From assembly GCF_008831285.2 (NCBI RefSeq), contig NC_045138.2:22010001-22074000 (forward strand): DNA of 64,000 nucleotides, given 5' to 3'. The notes below the pieces were generated by a model. That model was given only the letters and a program-made list of their open reading frames with translations, ran no database searches and was not told the DNA's origin. This document shows, piece by piece, positions 24,305-37,877 of the stretch (its first letter is position 1; each line of letters starts with the position of its first letter). Origin of the DNA: Nymphaea colorata. Its lineage: Eukaryota. The translations under genes and the position numbers were made by a program.

Positions 24305-27300
24305 CTAATTACAATCTAATCCACACTCTTCGAGCACTGGTCCATCGGACTTGGCAAGGAAGGGGTCTATCCGAACCCACAAGAGAGAGAATATGGAAGC
24401 AAGAAGAATGGACCAGACGATTATGATGGTGGGCGTTCGGTTCTGGCGACCAAGCAAACCTTTGAGGAAGGGGTAGAGATGAACAATCACCCAGAAGGCG
24501 AAGAACAGCTTGCCAAACAGAGGTCCCCATGATTCGTATCCATTGTTGATAGCATTGGAGACGCCAGCAACAACGCCAATCAAGTTTATTATGAGCAGCG
24601 TGGTGGGGGGGATCAACAGCGTGGTCCACTTGAATGCGTAGAGCTCTGAGAACTCTTCATCGTCACCAGCCTTTGATGTGACAGTGAAGTTGGTGTCGAT
24701 ACCGGCGAGGACCTTCAGCAGACCCTGGACAACTGCAAACAGATGTGCAGAGACACCTCCGATGACCCAGAACTGCTCGTTTCTCCACCAGTCATCGATA
24801 CCAACTCCACTCCATCGCATTTCCAGTATGCTGGTGGCGAAGATACAGATGAAGAGCGAGATAAACCAGAGGCTAGCAACGTTGCTGAGCTGCAGAGTTT
24901 GAAATGAAAAGAATTCAGTAAGACGAATTGAACATGATATGAGCAAATAAAGTTTGGCATCGCAGATGGAAAGTCTAGCCAATGCTTTTTACCTCTGGAG
25001 TGATGAATTTCCCTGTCAGGAGGCAGACAGCAGGCAAGGTACAGTACGCCAGCAAAGGAATTGAAGTCCATGGATACACCGTGGCATTTATGTATGACAA
25101 TCGCTCCAGCCATTTCAGGCCCCCACCATAACCATACCAGAGAGGGCAGTGCCTGCTCAAAAATATTTCTACAGATCCAAGGGCCCACCGAAGAACTTGG
25201 TGAAGACGATCTGAAAGGTTGATGGGTGCAGACCCCTTAAAAGCAGGCCTCGATGGAATACAGTATATGGATCGCCATCCATGGCAATGCATCTTGAAAC
25301 CAGTCAGGATATCTTCTGTAACAGAGCCATAGATCCAGCCAACCTGCACGATGCAAGGCGCAAAAGCTTCTTGATCAATATAGTTTAATAATCAAAGTAG
25401 GCTCTAGACCATTGACCAGCCGTGTAGTGTGTACGTGTACAGAAAAGAAAAAGGAACCACACAGGTGGCTCACCTCTTTACCCCAGTCTGTCTTGTCTTC
25501 GTATCCACAGCTAATGACATGAATAGCTTCCTTGAGCAGAGAAGCTGCAGTAGCACCTTTTAGGGTCCCACCATCCTCCAGAAGAGTAGATGCAACAAAG
25601 ACAGGAGACTGCCCAAACTTTTTCTCCAGCTTCTGCTCTGCTGTGAGAGCTGATTTCCCATTTTCAATGCCTATACGACAATTCAGAGACCCAAAATTAG
25701 AACCAGGCCATAACAGTAAGACCGAACTACCAATCCGCATACAGTGGTCCATGGGGAAAGGGAGGTTTCCGTTTGAGAAAAGAACAGTGTTGCTTCTATT
25801 TTTCTACTTCGGCATATCTATCACGTGTAAATGCAGGAAAACAACGAAGGAATTTTTTAGTGCAGTCGGTCAAAAAATGGGACGCAAGATGAGAGATTGT
25901 TCAATGGACGTCCCGCATTTTACATTTACACTTCCTGACAAAGAAAATGAAATCTGATACACGGAAAAAGAGAATACGGCCCACTTCCAAGTAACAGACT
26001 CATGAACATAAATGAAAATCAATGAGCTCACCTTCTTTTCCCTCCTCAATGCTATCTACCTTCTTCACCATCGCACCTGCATCAGCCTTTCTGAAAGTCC
26101 CTCTTTTCTTCTCTTGCTTGGCCTTGGTAGATTTATTCTTCTTCCTTCCTCCGCAGCAGAATCCGCAGCAGCACCATTTGGGCCAACAATTGCAAGTCCT
26201 TGTAGGTGGTTTCTTTGTTTTGGGAGCATCAGTCCCATAGAGTGATTGTCTCCTGAAAACACACCCAGTACCGACATAGATAGGTCCTTGGATTCCATCC
26301 AGGCCTTTCATGTTGATCTGCGCGACAACATTCGACACTTGAGCAAAAACTCAACGAAAATAAGAGAATTCAAAGTAGTAGTCATGCTGGGCGTGCTTAC
26401 ATCAAAGAACACAATGTTCCTGTTAGCATATCGATCATGTCTGTCAATACCATCGAATCTCTGAGGGAACTGAACATAACAAACTTTCTTTCCCAACAAT
26501 GGGTCCATCATGAAGCACATAGCCTCTCGAAGAGCCCTACTGTTATTGATGTAGTGGTCACAATCCAAGTTCAGCAGATAAGGCGCATTTGTTAGCACGG
26601 CAGAGACTCTAACCTATAAAACAAATTGCGGAGAAAAGTCAGAACAAGGTTCTTGCAATGTTCAGCTTGAGGAAAGAATATTGCCCCAGTCCAGTGATTT
26701 ACCAAAGCATTCATAGCACCAGCCTTCTTGTGGTGATTAAAGCCAGGCCTCTTTTCTCTAGAGACATAGACAAGGCGTGGCAATTCATTCCCATCTGTAT
26801 CATGCCCCCCACTCTGGCCTAGAAAGACCTGCAGAACCCAACATTTAGCAAAAAACAGAAAGAAAAGATGCTAAACAGACAAATTTGCTTTTCCTAGACC
26901 TATAAAGTGCGCACCTGAATCATTCCTGGATGGTCTCGGACATTGTTTCCAGGCCAAGGAGTTCCATCTTGCATTGTCCACCCTTCCTCAGGAACCTTCT
27001 GAGCTTTTGCAACTAATGCATTGATGCGGACCTTGAATTCCTCGTATTCTCTCTGTGTATTCAATGCACAATTCAGTTTAAATCCAAATCTGAAAAGCTA
27101 AAGCAAAGCAAAATAAACAAGCGATCTTGGCTCACGATTCCACTGTACCTTCATAGCCCTTCGTTCTTTAACAAATGATGGCAAGACCTTGTCCTTCAAA
27201 TAATCGATCTTCTGAGCAAAATACCACTCTGGTGCCCGTGGCTCAATATTAAATTTCTTGCAAAAGGGAACCCATTTCCTTGCAAACTCGGATGTTTCCG

Positions 27301-29413
27301 ATAATGCTTCAAATGTTAACATTGCAGCACCATCATCAGAAACATAGCAGGAAACTTTGTCCACAGGGTAGTCTACAGCAAGGATAGACAGAACAGTGTT
27401 TGCTGTGACAAGAGGCGGCTCTTTCGAAGGATCCACAGTACTCACAAAAAAGTCAACTGGTGCAAGCCGAGAAGGCTGCCCTTCTTTCTCATACCTGGAG
27501 AGCGAAATAGTTAGAAAACGGCAAACAACAGCGTGCAATGGGCTTATTCACATACAAGCAACCGGAAGTTGCACTATGCAACACTCACCTCAGAGATAGC
27601 CTGTCCAGATAAGTTTCCCTGTCAATGGGAAGCCACTTTGGGAACTGATCAAGAATCCAAGAGATGGCAAACCAGATCTCACATATAACCGATGTCAGCC
27701 ACAATGCATAAGCATCTGACACTGGGTGCGTGACTCGATAGTGGAAAAAGAATCCAAGAACTACAAGCCGAATTATGATAATCATCCTATAAGGATTGAT
27801 CTGGCTGGATGGTATAGGAATCTTCCTTGACAACGGTTGTCTTGCCTCATCCATACTGTCCAAACGATTAAATCAGGTGTCAGCAAAATTGAAACTGAGA
27901 ACATCATTCTAGTTAAAAAGGTAGTGTTGCTTCGTTCCAAAATTAGAAAAACTAGACTGATAGATTCTGAAGTCGAATCTAGCCAATTTGAAGTGCATAT
28001 GCGCAAAACCAGAAGTGGCGGTTCAATGTTTTCTGAGGATTGTAAAGCTCTTACAGTGGTAGATCTGGTCCATCACCATCTGGATCCCAGTCCTTGCCAC
28101 CATTTTCATTTCTCATGACCTGTAATTTCTCTTGCCTCTGTTTCCAATTCTCCATCCTTTCCTTCCACGCCACACTGCCATACCCATATGCAGCGAGATC
28201 TTTGGAAGGATCCATGGATCTGGGTTGCACTGGAGAAGAAATTTCCCAAATAATTCAGCACTACAATAGATTGATTAAAGGAACGGAAGGGGGGAAATTT
28301 GATGGGGTTCACAGATTAATAAGCATACCAGGAAGATTGGGATCTGCAAAAGGTAGAGGGTGGATTCTTTTGCCCCCACCTCCCATGAAAGAAGGCACCA
28401 AGGCATGCTGCTCAGGGGGAATGTCATCAACCTGAAACAGAGAAAATTCAGCAATCAAAATCCATCAAACACTCAGCCCAAGCAAGTAAGAAGCAGAACA
28501 CATTATGTTGATGTTGGTTACCATCTGGCCATTGGTAAGCAGAGGAACTTGAGGCATTGTATGAACCACTTGAGGCATGTCCGCATCTCCACCTCTACCG
28601 TAGCTCATGTGACCCTGAAGCATGGCCTCTGCAAGATACTGCATGTCCTCCTTACTCCGACCATCAAAATTGAATTCATTTTCCAAGTCATCGACGTCAT
28701 CTTCTTCTTCATCGCCAGCAACTCTGGCACTCCCTACGGATGAAACGGAATTCACAAAGTATATCAAGATTCACAGACTAAAGCGAAATCGAGGGTTACC
28801 AACGTCCAAAAGAACCTCTACATTTTTAGAAGACGAAAGAAAATTCGGTTTCCAATTAAAGAAAACAGAAGTAAGGCCATTAAAAAAAGGAAAATCGCAA
28901 GAAAAGAAGGGAAAAAGAAGGGCTAGGAGAGGACAACTCACCCTTGAGACGCTTAAACCTGGTCTTGCACTGAGGACACACTTGACTACCTTCTCTTCGC
29001 TCATACTCGTAACAGGTCCTGCAGACGGGGAATGCACACTCGTTGCAGGCAACGAAGAGCTCGCCCTCCACAGTAAGCCCAACATCGTCGCCACAGATCT
29101 GACAGATTTGCCCGCTGAGCTGCTGTAGAGGCTTGGGCTGCACCCACACACACAGAAACACAGAGACATAGAAACAAGGGAAAAAGGTTCAGAATTACTC
29201 CAAAAGCCCAACAATGCCGACAACAAAATACCCAAGAAATCTCTAATTTTAGAAGCCAGAAACTAACTGAAAGAAAAAACAGAGGGAAAATCTGCAACAT
29301 GCAGTAGTAGGAGGAGGAGGAGAAGCACTTACGCCGGATTCTCCATCACGACGTATAACCACGAGCTCATTCCGGTTGTGAGATCCTGCAACTAACCCAG
29401 CACTCGCCTCCAT
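24305..29413 (-). CDS. CESA: Cellulose synthase A catalytic subunit (CesA6-like / rice CesA3-5-6 type). Exons 29333-29413, 28942-29137, 28522-28733, 28329-28431, 28055-28229, 27589-27855, 27149-27494, 26915-27052, 26703-26828, 26401-26613, 26032-26317, 25474-25670, 24993-25343, 24305-24889
   Basis: [24 protein letters not shown] start; RING zinc finger [37 protein letters not shown] catalytic motifs; class-specific [19 protein letters not shown]-terminus [13 protein letters not shown]; all introns GT-AG. Subclade from recalled motifs. Confidence 0.97.
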
Positions 29414-32400
29414 TGTCTCCGCGCGACCACCACCACCACTTGAGAGAAAAAGCTCAAAGATGGAAGCTGCCGCTGGTCTTTCTTCCTTTTACCGCATCAC
29501 CAGATCTGAGCCCCTGCCGCAACACCCATGTCGGAAAAACTCAAATCTCTCCACCTATTCGGCCTGCCACCGCCGGATCTTCACTCTCTGCAACTCTCTT
29601 CTCAACACCGGAACATCCCCAATTCAGGTTTTCACCTTTTGGGGATGCCGACTACGAGGAACCACCAAAAGACCAGACTTATTCCTTGCTTCTTATGTCA
29701 GTTCCCCAAAGCAGGCTGAAGAAAAAATCATGCATTTCTTTTTTTTTTTCCCTTTCTCTTATTTATTTCGAGTGCACTACCTTCACCCACCACACCATCT
29801 TAGATGCCAAAGATCCGTTTCCCTAGTAAGATTTAGAAATAACTGCAACTGCACCAGTAGAAAATGAGATTGGCAGGGAAAAGAAAAAGAACCCTAAAAC
29901 AAAGACCTCCACTCTCTCTCCTTCTGCTCTGTCTTAAATTTTTTCCCCTTGCCCTTAGATGAAGCCACAGAAGCCACAGGAAAAAGAAGGGTTTGGGAAG
30001 GAACCATGTGTTATTCTCTCTCTTTTTTTTTTTTCCTTGCTTCTTCACCTGCCACTCTTCCTATCTTTTACCACCGCCGACACTTTCTGATGGGTAAAAC
30101 TCCACCCTAATAATTGAGGCATCAAAGAGGAAGAAAGCGAGCCAGGTTGGACATGTGGGGATTAGAGTTTTGCTTTATTAACTTCATAGCTCCCACCCTA
30201 CCAGAAAAGATCAGAAGTCATCTTGACCAGGTAAAAAAAAGTAATTAATAATATATATTCACGTTGGCTGCATGAACAATTATATATAATTTTTCCCGTC
30301 GAAACGGATCGGATTTGGGTCAGCTAACTTAAATACTTGTAGAGAGAGAGAAAGAAAGTAAATTACAGAAGCTTCACCCTGACCCATGCATTTCTTGCTC
30401 TTTATTGAAAGAAAATGGGGAATGGTGCAAGATTCACAGAACTGAATATAGAAATGATTTTGCCGACGGAAGGAGGAATCAACCTTGAGTTGGATCGAAG
30501 GAACTGATGATAAATTGATAATGACAGCGGTTAAACATGGTAAAGAAGGCTCCCGGCATTGAAAAGTTCAACGGTCATGGGGACAGTCGTCCACATGCGG
30601 GTGTCTCTGCAAAGTCATAGCCTCTCTCTCTTTCTCTCTCTTAACTGTTGCCTTTGATATTTTCCATGTTCTTTCTCTCAACCGTCCATTCTATGTTTTA
30701 GAGCAGCATCTATCTTCCAACATCGGTCAATATGACTGATGTTTGTGCAATCGCCGTCGATACAATGATCAACGGTGGACTTAACCGTGAGCATGCTTTG
30801 ATTCAATCAATGCTTTTACAAGAGAACTTTATTTTTTAAGATACATAAAGAACACTTGAGTTGAAAGGTGAACCATATATTCTTCGATGTCTTAAAACAA
30901 TTCTCGAACTTGAAGGTAAAAAGAAAGAGTGACTTTTATCTAAATCGAGTTGTCAATGAAAAATTTGTATTTCTATAGTATAAAGATGTGATGTGGTGAA
31001 TGTGCTTAGCTTTTGTCTCTAGATTTTACATTGTAGAGACAGATGTGATGTTTAAGGAGGTAGAATAAAAGGAATTACAAGTCTTTCACCCCTCAAAACT
31101 ATGGTCTTTTGATCATCAAAAAGACAACAAAAAAATGCCAGAGAAACACAATAACTTTCACCTTTTGTTCTTCTATTCACTCTTAGGTGATCTGAAATTT
31201 TTCTCGTTAGCAGCTCATTGCTAGTTGTTCCTCATCTTTCTAAGGTCATGAGCTTCGCTGGGTGGAATATGGTATACCCATCAATTAAAGTATCGCAATC
31301 ATACCATTTATGGTCTAAGAGAATAGCACACTTAAAAATCAAATAGACGATGCACTTTTTATACATCTGCTTGCTTAACCAGCTATGTTATGGCCTTCGA
31401 GGTAAATGACGATTAGCTAATAAATATTTGAAAAGGCAAAAATAAAGGCAAAACTATTAATTTGGACAAGATGGGTGCCGCCTTATTATCTTCATAGGTG
31501 AATTCCACTTAACTTTTCACTAAAAACCTGGCAAGAGATCTCAAAAAAAAGATTGGGCCGCACTTAGGAGTTCGGTTTAACCTTCCAAATCAAAGAAAAA
31601 AAATCGATGTTTAGATCCACCAACTAATGAATTCAGGTTTTACATCCATAAAGAAAGAACCGCAGAGATTGTGAACCCACCGAGCTCCCCCACCACTTTG
31701 TCACGAGGTTAAAAACTTAACGAGTATTTCACTAATTCTTCAATCGATAAGTGTGTAGACTTTCTCCACCATGGCAATTATAAATGTTTTTGTCTTGATG
31801 TGGTAGTGATAACCAGCAATATAAATATAAATATGAATATAAATAAATTTATTATATATATATATATTTTTTTATACATATATATTGGGTATTTAATTGA
31901 TGTATTTATATCGCTTTCTAAGCATGAAGACAAGAGGAGGAGAGACAGCTGGTGTTGAGGAGGAGAAGGGCCCCCAACCAGAAGTGGGTTGCGGAGTGTG
32001 GGACACAGAGCGGGTGCGGGCGCAGAAGGTTGCAGTGGGTGGTGGTGTGTGTTGTGCTGCTGACCCACCACGGTTTGTGATGGGAGGAGAGAATTTAGAT
32101 TTTTCATTTTTCTTTAAATTGAATTAAATAATTGAACGAAAATTTTCTCTTCTCTAACCCAATGTTTTTCCTTTAATTAATTGAGAAGTTTGGAACCATT
32201 TCTCAAATTTGAGCCTTAAACCATTCGAGGTTGAGAGACTTAATCGCTTGTTCGGGGCTTAAAACTCCCTAGGTCATTCCCTCGCCCTTCGGTCTGATTT
32301 ATGTCGGCTTTGACAAGGAGTAGGCACCCACCAACTAGTTCATCGCACAAACATCTTGAAAACCTTTTTAAAGAAGAGAAATCTTGGGTCAGTCCAGCTA

Positions 32401-35400
32401 CCATACCTAGAAGAAAAAAAACATCGGGCATTTATCAGAATGACAATGGAGACGGAGCTACATTATTGCTGGTGTTGGCACTTTGCCTACACCAACCCAA
32501 AAAAAAATTACACTATTTACATACAAAAAACTTCATTAATTTTCAGATTTTTATATATGAGTGCTCCTTAAGATTTGAATTTTACACTTGGAGTGCTCCT
32601 CAACTAGAAATTTTGGCTCCGCCACTGAATGGAGCTCGAATTCGATCTAAGGTAATCTAACTTAAGTTCAATAAGATTGAAGTAAATTATTTTAAAAAGA
32701 ATTAGTGCTTTTTAACTTGTGAAGTTCAAGATGTAAAGCTTTGGATAAGTAGGAGTTGTTTGACAGCTAAGAACAACGTAAAATGGTGACCTTACTTGTA
32801 TCGACATGCCGACATGTAGACATGGGTACGGCAACACACTTGGATATGGCTTTTAAAAAAGCATATTAATTTTTACATTTTTATATTAATTTTTTAAAGT
32901 TTTGCTTATTATTTATCTAAAATGTCTTTTCCACCTATTTTACATTTTCCTCACCCGTTTTATATTAATTTTGCATATTTTTTATAGAATTATATATACC
33001 TATAGATAATGACCCACCAAATCCGTAGTTTAAAACCTGCTCCGATTTCACAAGTAAAATGCTCAAAATTAAAGAAAAAAACGTGAATGTAAGATGCACA
33101 TAAGTGTAGAGAATTTTTCATGGAAGCACTACTTATTATCTATAATCTCCAAAGAAGGAAGACAAGTTTCAGATTTACACAGACATACATGGAAGGGCAG
33201 GTGAAGAACAGAAAGGTTGCTCCGTACGTTAGGAGTGTTCACACTGCACCGTTTCCAACAGGGTCCACAACGATTGGACCATTAATTTTTATTGAACTTC
33301 CGTGGAGACATTTGACAACAACAAACATGGTTGCGTGATTCCTTCGAGTTATTTCTAGCATTTCGTTACTGAATTTGAAAATATCATTCATAATCAAACT
33401 ATACTTTTTCAAATAAAAATATATTATTATTTAAACATGCATTTTAAAATATATATATTCTAACAACGCCGAGTTTACAATGTGTGTTACTTTTTCATTA
33501 AATATTTATTATTATTATTTTTTTAATTATCAAATCATGAATGCAAGAACCAAAGCAAAATTTTTACCAAATCTCACTCCTTAACCTTTGAAATTAATAT
33601 ATAAACGAAAATCAGTTTTAACATTTGGGGCTGTCGGTGGCCTGCAGCCGAATTTGATATATGATAATATAAGAATCTAAGGGCTAGCGGGGCACAATTT
33701 ATTATAGTGCATTGAGGCCCAATCATAATTGGCCACGTGGTCAGCAAGCTCATGGACAGCGACGTATCGATGATATTGTATTTGCTCCAGGCATCTTCAT
33801 TAAGTGGTGCCTGCTCTCCCTACATTACATGTTGTAGGAGACTTCTTAAGGTGCCTTTGTGTCGCGCCCACTTGTAAGCGAGCTTTGTTGGTCAAGTTGT
33901 CAGTTCAATTCTTGTAGGTACTATTTTTTTTTTTTTTTTGAATAAATGGTCGTGTTGCAGCCACTCAAGCCTTAAAGCTGGCTCTGAACCCTAACGGCAA
34001 TGTCGTATGGGGAGGCTCGAGTTTCTCAGGCATCACTTGCCCATGCGAAGCTAATGATTAGATGTACCGAGGGTGCGCCACCCTCAACCTATTATCAAAC
34101 TCTAAATGGGTAGGACGCCATGGCTGCATTCTTAAGCCACGGTGCAAAATCAAGAGCTCTAATCGCATTTAGCCTCCATGGGAAAAACAGACTCTCATTT
34201 AGATGGCAAGATACTCCTAATAGCAATAAAGGGTCGTTTGGCAAAAGTAAATACATTGTTACTGTCAGAGTAAGAGTAGAGCTACATGTAGGCTGGCATG
34301 TTACTCACACCAACAACAAAATTTTTATTTATTTTTACAAATTTATATAACAGTACCCTATAGCCAAAAAATTATTACCCCGCCACTGGTTACTGTCTCA
34401 TGTCCTATTAATGTGCCTAGAAAATGAAATAGATTTATGAAACATTGTAATAATATATTTCATAAATCTATTTTATTTTTTAGAACATATTTAGAGACAA
34501 TAACAATGTGTTATTATTGTCAAACAGCTCTTTAAGGACATCTAATGAGCCATTATATGTAAAGGGAGATTTAATTGGATTTTTCTTATTTGGATTGAGA
34601 CTCCTACTTGAACTTAGATTTGGAAATGAACTTTCTAAATCTAATTCAAATACGTGGAGAAAGACCAATCTCCCTTCTTGCTTTATATTTAACTAGGACG
34701 GCGAATTATTGTATCCACTTTCAACGCTTTTCTTTGAAGTTGATCTCACCGAACATGAACTTTATGCTAATTTGAAACTCAAGTTAATTTAATCCAAAGC
34801 CACAGTAGGAATAGCCTATGAGCCTTGAGTTATGGAATATTACCATGCAATCCATTACGGTAAAAATGTTACGTTTGTTACATGTTATATGAGCCAATCT
34901 TAGAAGTATATTTAATTTGCCTCAAAAAATTGTGACGTCACAACTGCTAAGATAGACTATAAGAATTCACACCTTGTATATCAAGAAGAAGGAGCCAAGC
35001 ATGGGCAAAACAAAAAAAATTTTATGAGATAGACCGAATTAAAGTTTTTAAATTTTGACCAAAATTTTTATATAAAACAAACAAAACTTTTAAAAATTTA
35101 CATGTAAATTTAAAAAAGAAATTGAGGTGGGCAAGGGCCCATATGAGCCAAGGGTCCTTCGTTCACCTTGCTTCTGGAGGTTAGGGCTGCATTAATAGCG
35201 ATTAATGTCCGTAGAAATTAAGTTAATGATAGACATTTTGGGAAACACTCAATGCCGAGTCTCTTTTAATACACATAGTGTAGCAAATTATGTTTCACAA
35301 ATGCGACACTCTCGGGTTAAAAGATATAATGCAGATCCTTCCAAAACTATTTACTTTAAATAAACATTAAAAATAAAAAAAAACCTCTAAAAAGAAAGAT

Positions 35401-36499
35401 TAAAGGTTGGAAAAAATGTGGAGAGTGGTGACGGCACGGCAGGTGGAATTCCGTGACAAGATTCTCTAAACCAACTCCTTACTTGCTCTGCCATTTCTTC
35501 AATTTTTTTTCTTTTCTCATTTTCCTTCTTTCTCTCAATTATGTCATTGCAATATCTCATGTGCCCCAAACTACCCTCCCCCTCTCTCTTACTGTCGGCG
35601 CCCCGATACACACGGCGTCGGCCCCTCGCCGCAATGATACCGCGGCCGATACGTATACGTTCTTAAGTATCGGTAGGTATGTGGATGTATCGGTTGAAAC
35701 ACTGATACGAGACAGAAAACCACTGTTTTACAACATCACAAAAACCGATACAGCCCACATTAGGCGTCGTCTCCGTCCAGAAGAGCCCACCTACGAAACG
35801 CCTCTGGGTCTACATTTTCCGATACGTATCATTATTTTAATTTAGCCGCTCGACCACCATCCTCCAATTAAACATAAAAAAATCAAAATTCGCCCCTACC
35901 GACACTGCCCTTCGCCATCACCAAACTCACTTTTCAATAATACATCATCACTAACGTAACACAACAAAATAAAGACTGTCCCTTGCTTTCTCTCTCTACG
36001 TCACCAATCATTGTCTAAGAAAAGCTAAAATGGGTTCTATGCCTTCTTTCTCTCTCTTTCATATGCATAAATATATCTCATCTAACTTCAGATAGAAAGG
36101 CCGACGACATGTTTTCAAAGCTAAAGGTAATTTTGAGTTTGAGCGGAAACTTAAAAGTAATAAGTGTTTAGAGTCTGTACAGTCATTTGCATTAAGTTGG
36201 TGTGAATGAGTTAATCCGTGACAATAAAAATACATTAACATTTGAACCAAAAACGTTATGCCTATTAATTATTAATTACAATATCGTGCATCTATCATTT
36301 ACAATCTAGAAGAAAGAACAGCTATGAATTTGAGTGATCAACCAATGCACAATGTTGGGTAAGAAAGATTTTTTTGTTTGAAGGGATAATCAAAGCGTCT
36401 TATCAACTTCTGAGGTGAGCAAAGAGACAAAAGGCAGCCAACCGGATGGTTCTCTTTAGAAAAAGAAAATAAAGAGAGGAGAGTGGCGCCAAAGGGGAT

Positions 36500-37380
36500 T
36501 GGACGAGCTGAGTTGAGTCCCCACCAGCCACCAGCCACCGGGTGGGGCCCACGCCCCTCCAGCATCCAGCTCAGCGTGACCGGATGCCAGCCGTAGGATG
36601 AGAAATCAAAGCGGCGCCGATGACGGGTACAGCCTGGCCGCGCCATCTCCGGCCCCTGCCGACAATCATTTAGTCTCCAAAAAAAAAAAAAAAATGATAG
36701 AAAAAAAAAAAAGGAAGAAATTACAAGGGAAGGTGGTCAATGATATCTCACTAAACTAAAAAGAGTCTCCAGCGGGCATAAACGACTGAGACCCGGGCAG
36801 CCGGGCAGCGTCGGTAGCGGGGCAGGGCTGGTGGAAATGGAATTCCCACATTAAAAAAGAAATTAAATAAATTTTGTCAAATTCCGGTTCTGCCCCCGGC
36901 AGGTGCGTTAACGGGAAGGTGGCGGAGCCCTGTCCGGTTTCTTTCCCCCTTCGATGGTGACGTCCGTTGACGGGATGGGATGGTATGGGGTGGGTCCCAT
37001 GGGGCGCTCGAGATCCCTGCCGTACACGTGTTCACGAGAGAGTGGGGGGATTACCGAGAAGGGTGGGCCCCACGCCGATGGTGGGGGAAGAGGAGTGTCG
37101 GTGGACTCACGAGGGTCGGCAGGGAGCACGTGTTGGGTGGGGGCCTTCTTTCGCGGGCCCCACTCCTCGCCGGATCTCCACCGCCACCGGCGGAGAGGGA
37201 CCGGCAGACCCGACCACCAACCAGACACCAATAGAACCGGGTCCGACCGTATGCGACCGACCCTAATGTCCAGGCAATAATAGCGTTGCACGCGAGCGTA
37301 CCGCGTCCGGGTAGGACCTGCAGCGTGGTCTGCGGACCTGCGGTGTCCGAAATGAATTCATCAACCGGTGGGTCTTGCCG
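36500..37380. promoter_or_regulatory. CpG-rich island with clustered TCP-like, G-box and CCGAC motifs (candidate distal regulatory element)
   Basis: GTGGGGCCCAC ~36542, GTGGGTCCC ~36990, GTGGGCCCCAC ~37063, GGGCCCCAC ~37155; CACGTG ~37025 and ~37127; CCGAC x3 at 37210-37261; no recognisable ORF. Confidence 0.45.
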
Positions 37381-37698
37381 ATTGATCAGATTTGGATTCA
37401 ATATCCGATCGAACTGCTTTACAAACAACTCAATATCTGGCTACGAAATCATATGTTGTTCGATTTATTTGGATTCATATATATATATATATATATAAGA
37501 TGTGAAGGAAAGTACATCACACTTCTCATTACCTATAAAACATTCTCTTCCCAAGGACAAAGATAAATGTGAAATTAAGTGTCCTAAGGAAATTACATGG
37601 GAGATGAAACTAATATAATCTTACTGAGTTCAATGTTCGGACTTTCTTCGGAATGTTATGCTTTAAACCCAACAGTTTGCTTTTCCAATCGTATTGGA

Positions 37699-37877
37699 TA
37701 GTGGCAGAGCCAAGATTTTTCATCAGTGGGACACTTGTATAGGTGACACAATTTTGGTGTGCAAACTACATGTAAATTTAAAGTCATAACAATGTAAGGT
37801 TAACACATTATAATGAAATTTTTGATAGGCTGGCGCGAACAGTGGCCCACCCCAGCTGAGAAATAGCTCTGCTACTG
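37699..37877. mobile_element. hAT-type MITE
   Basis: TIRs TAGTGGCAGAGC / GCTCTGCTACTG; degenerate 8-bp TSD GTATTGGA / GTATGGGG. Confidence 0.6.

Noticed and set aside
36908..37428. Several overlapping 84-127 aa ORFs in the GC-rich island
   Set aside because: Open on both strands because of high GC; no recognisable domain or splice structure.
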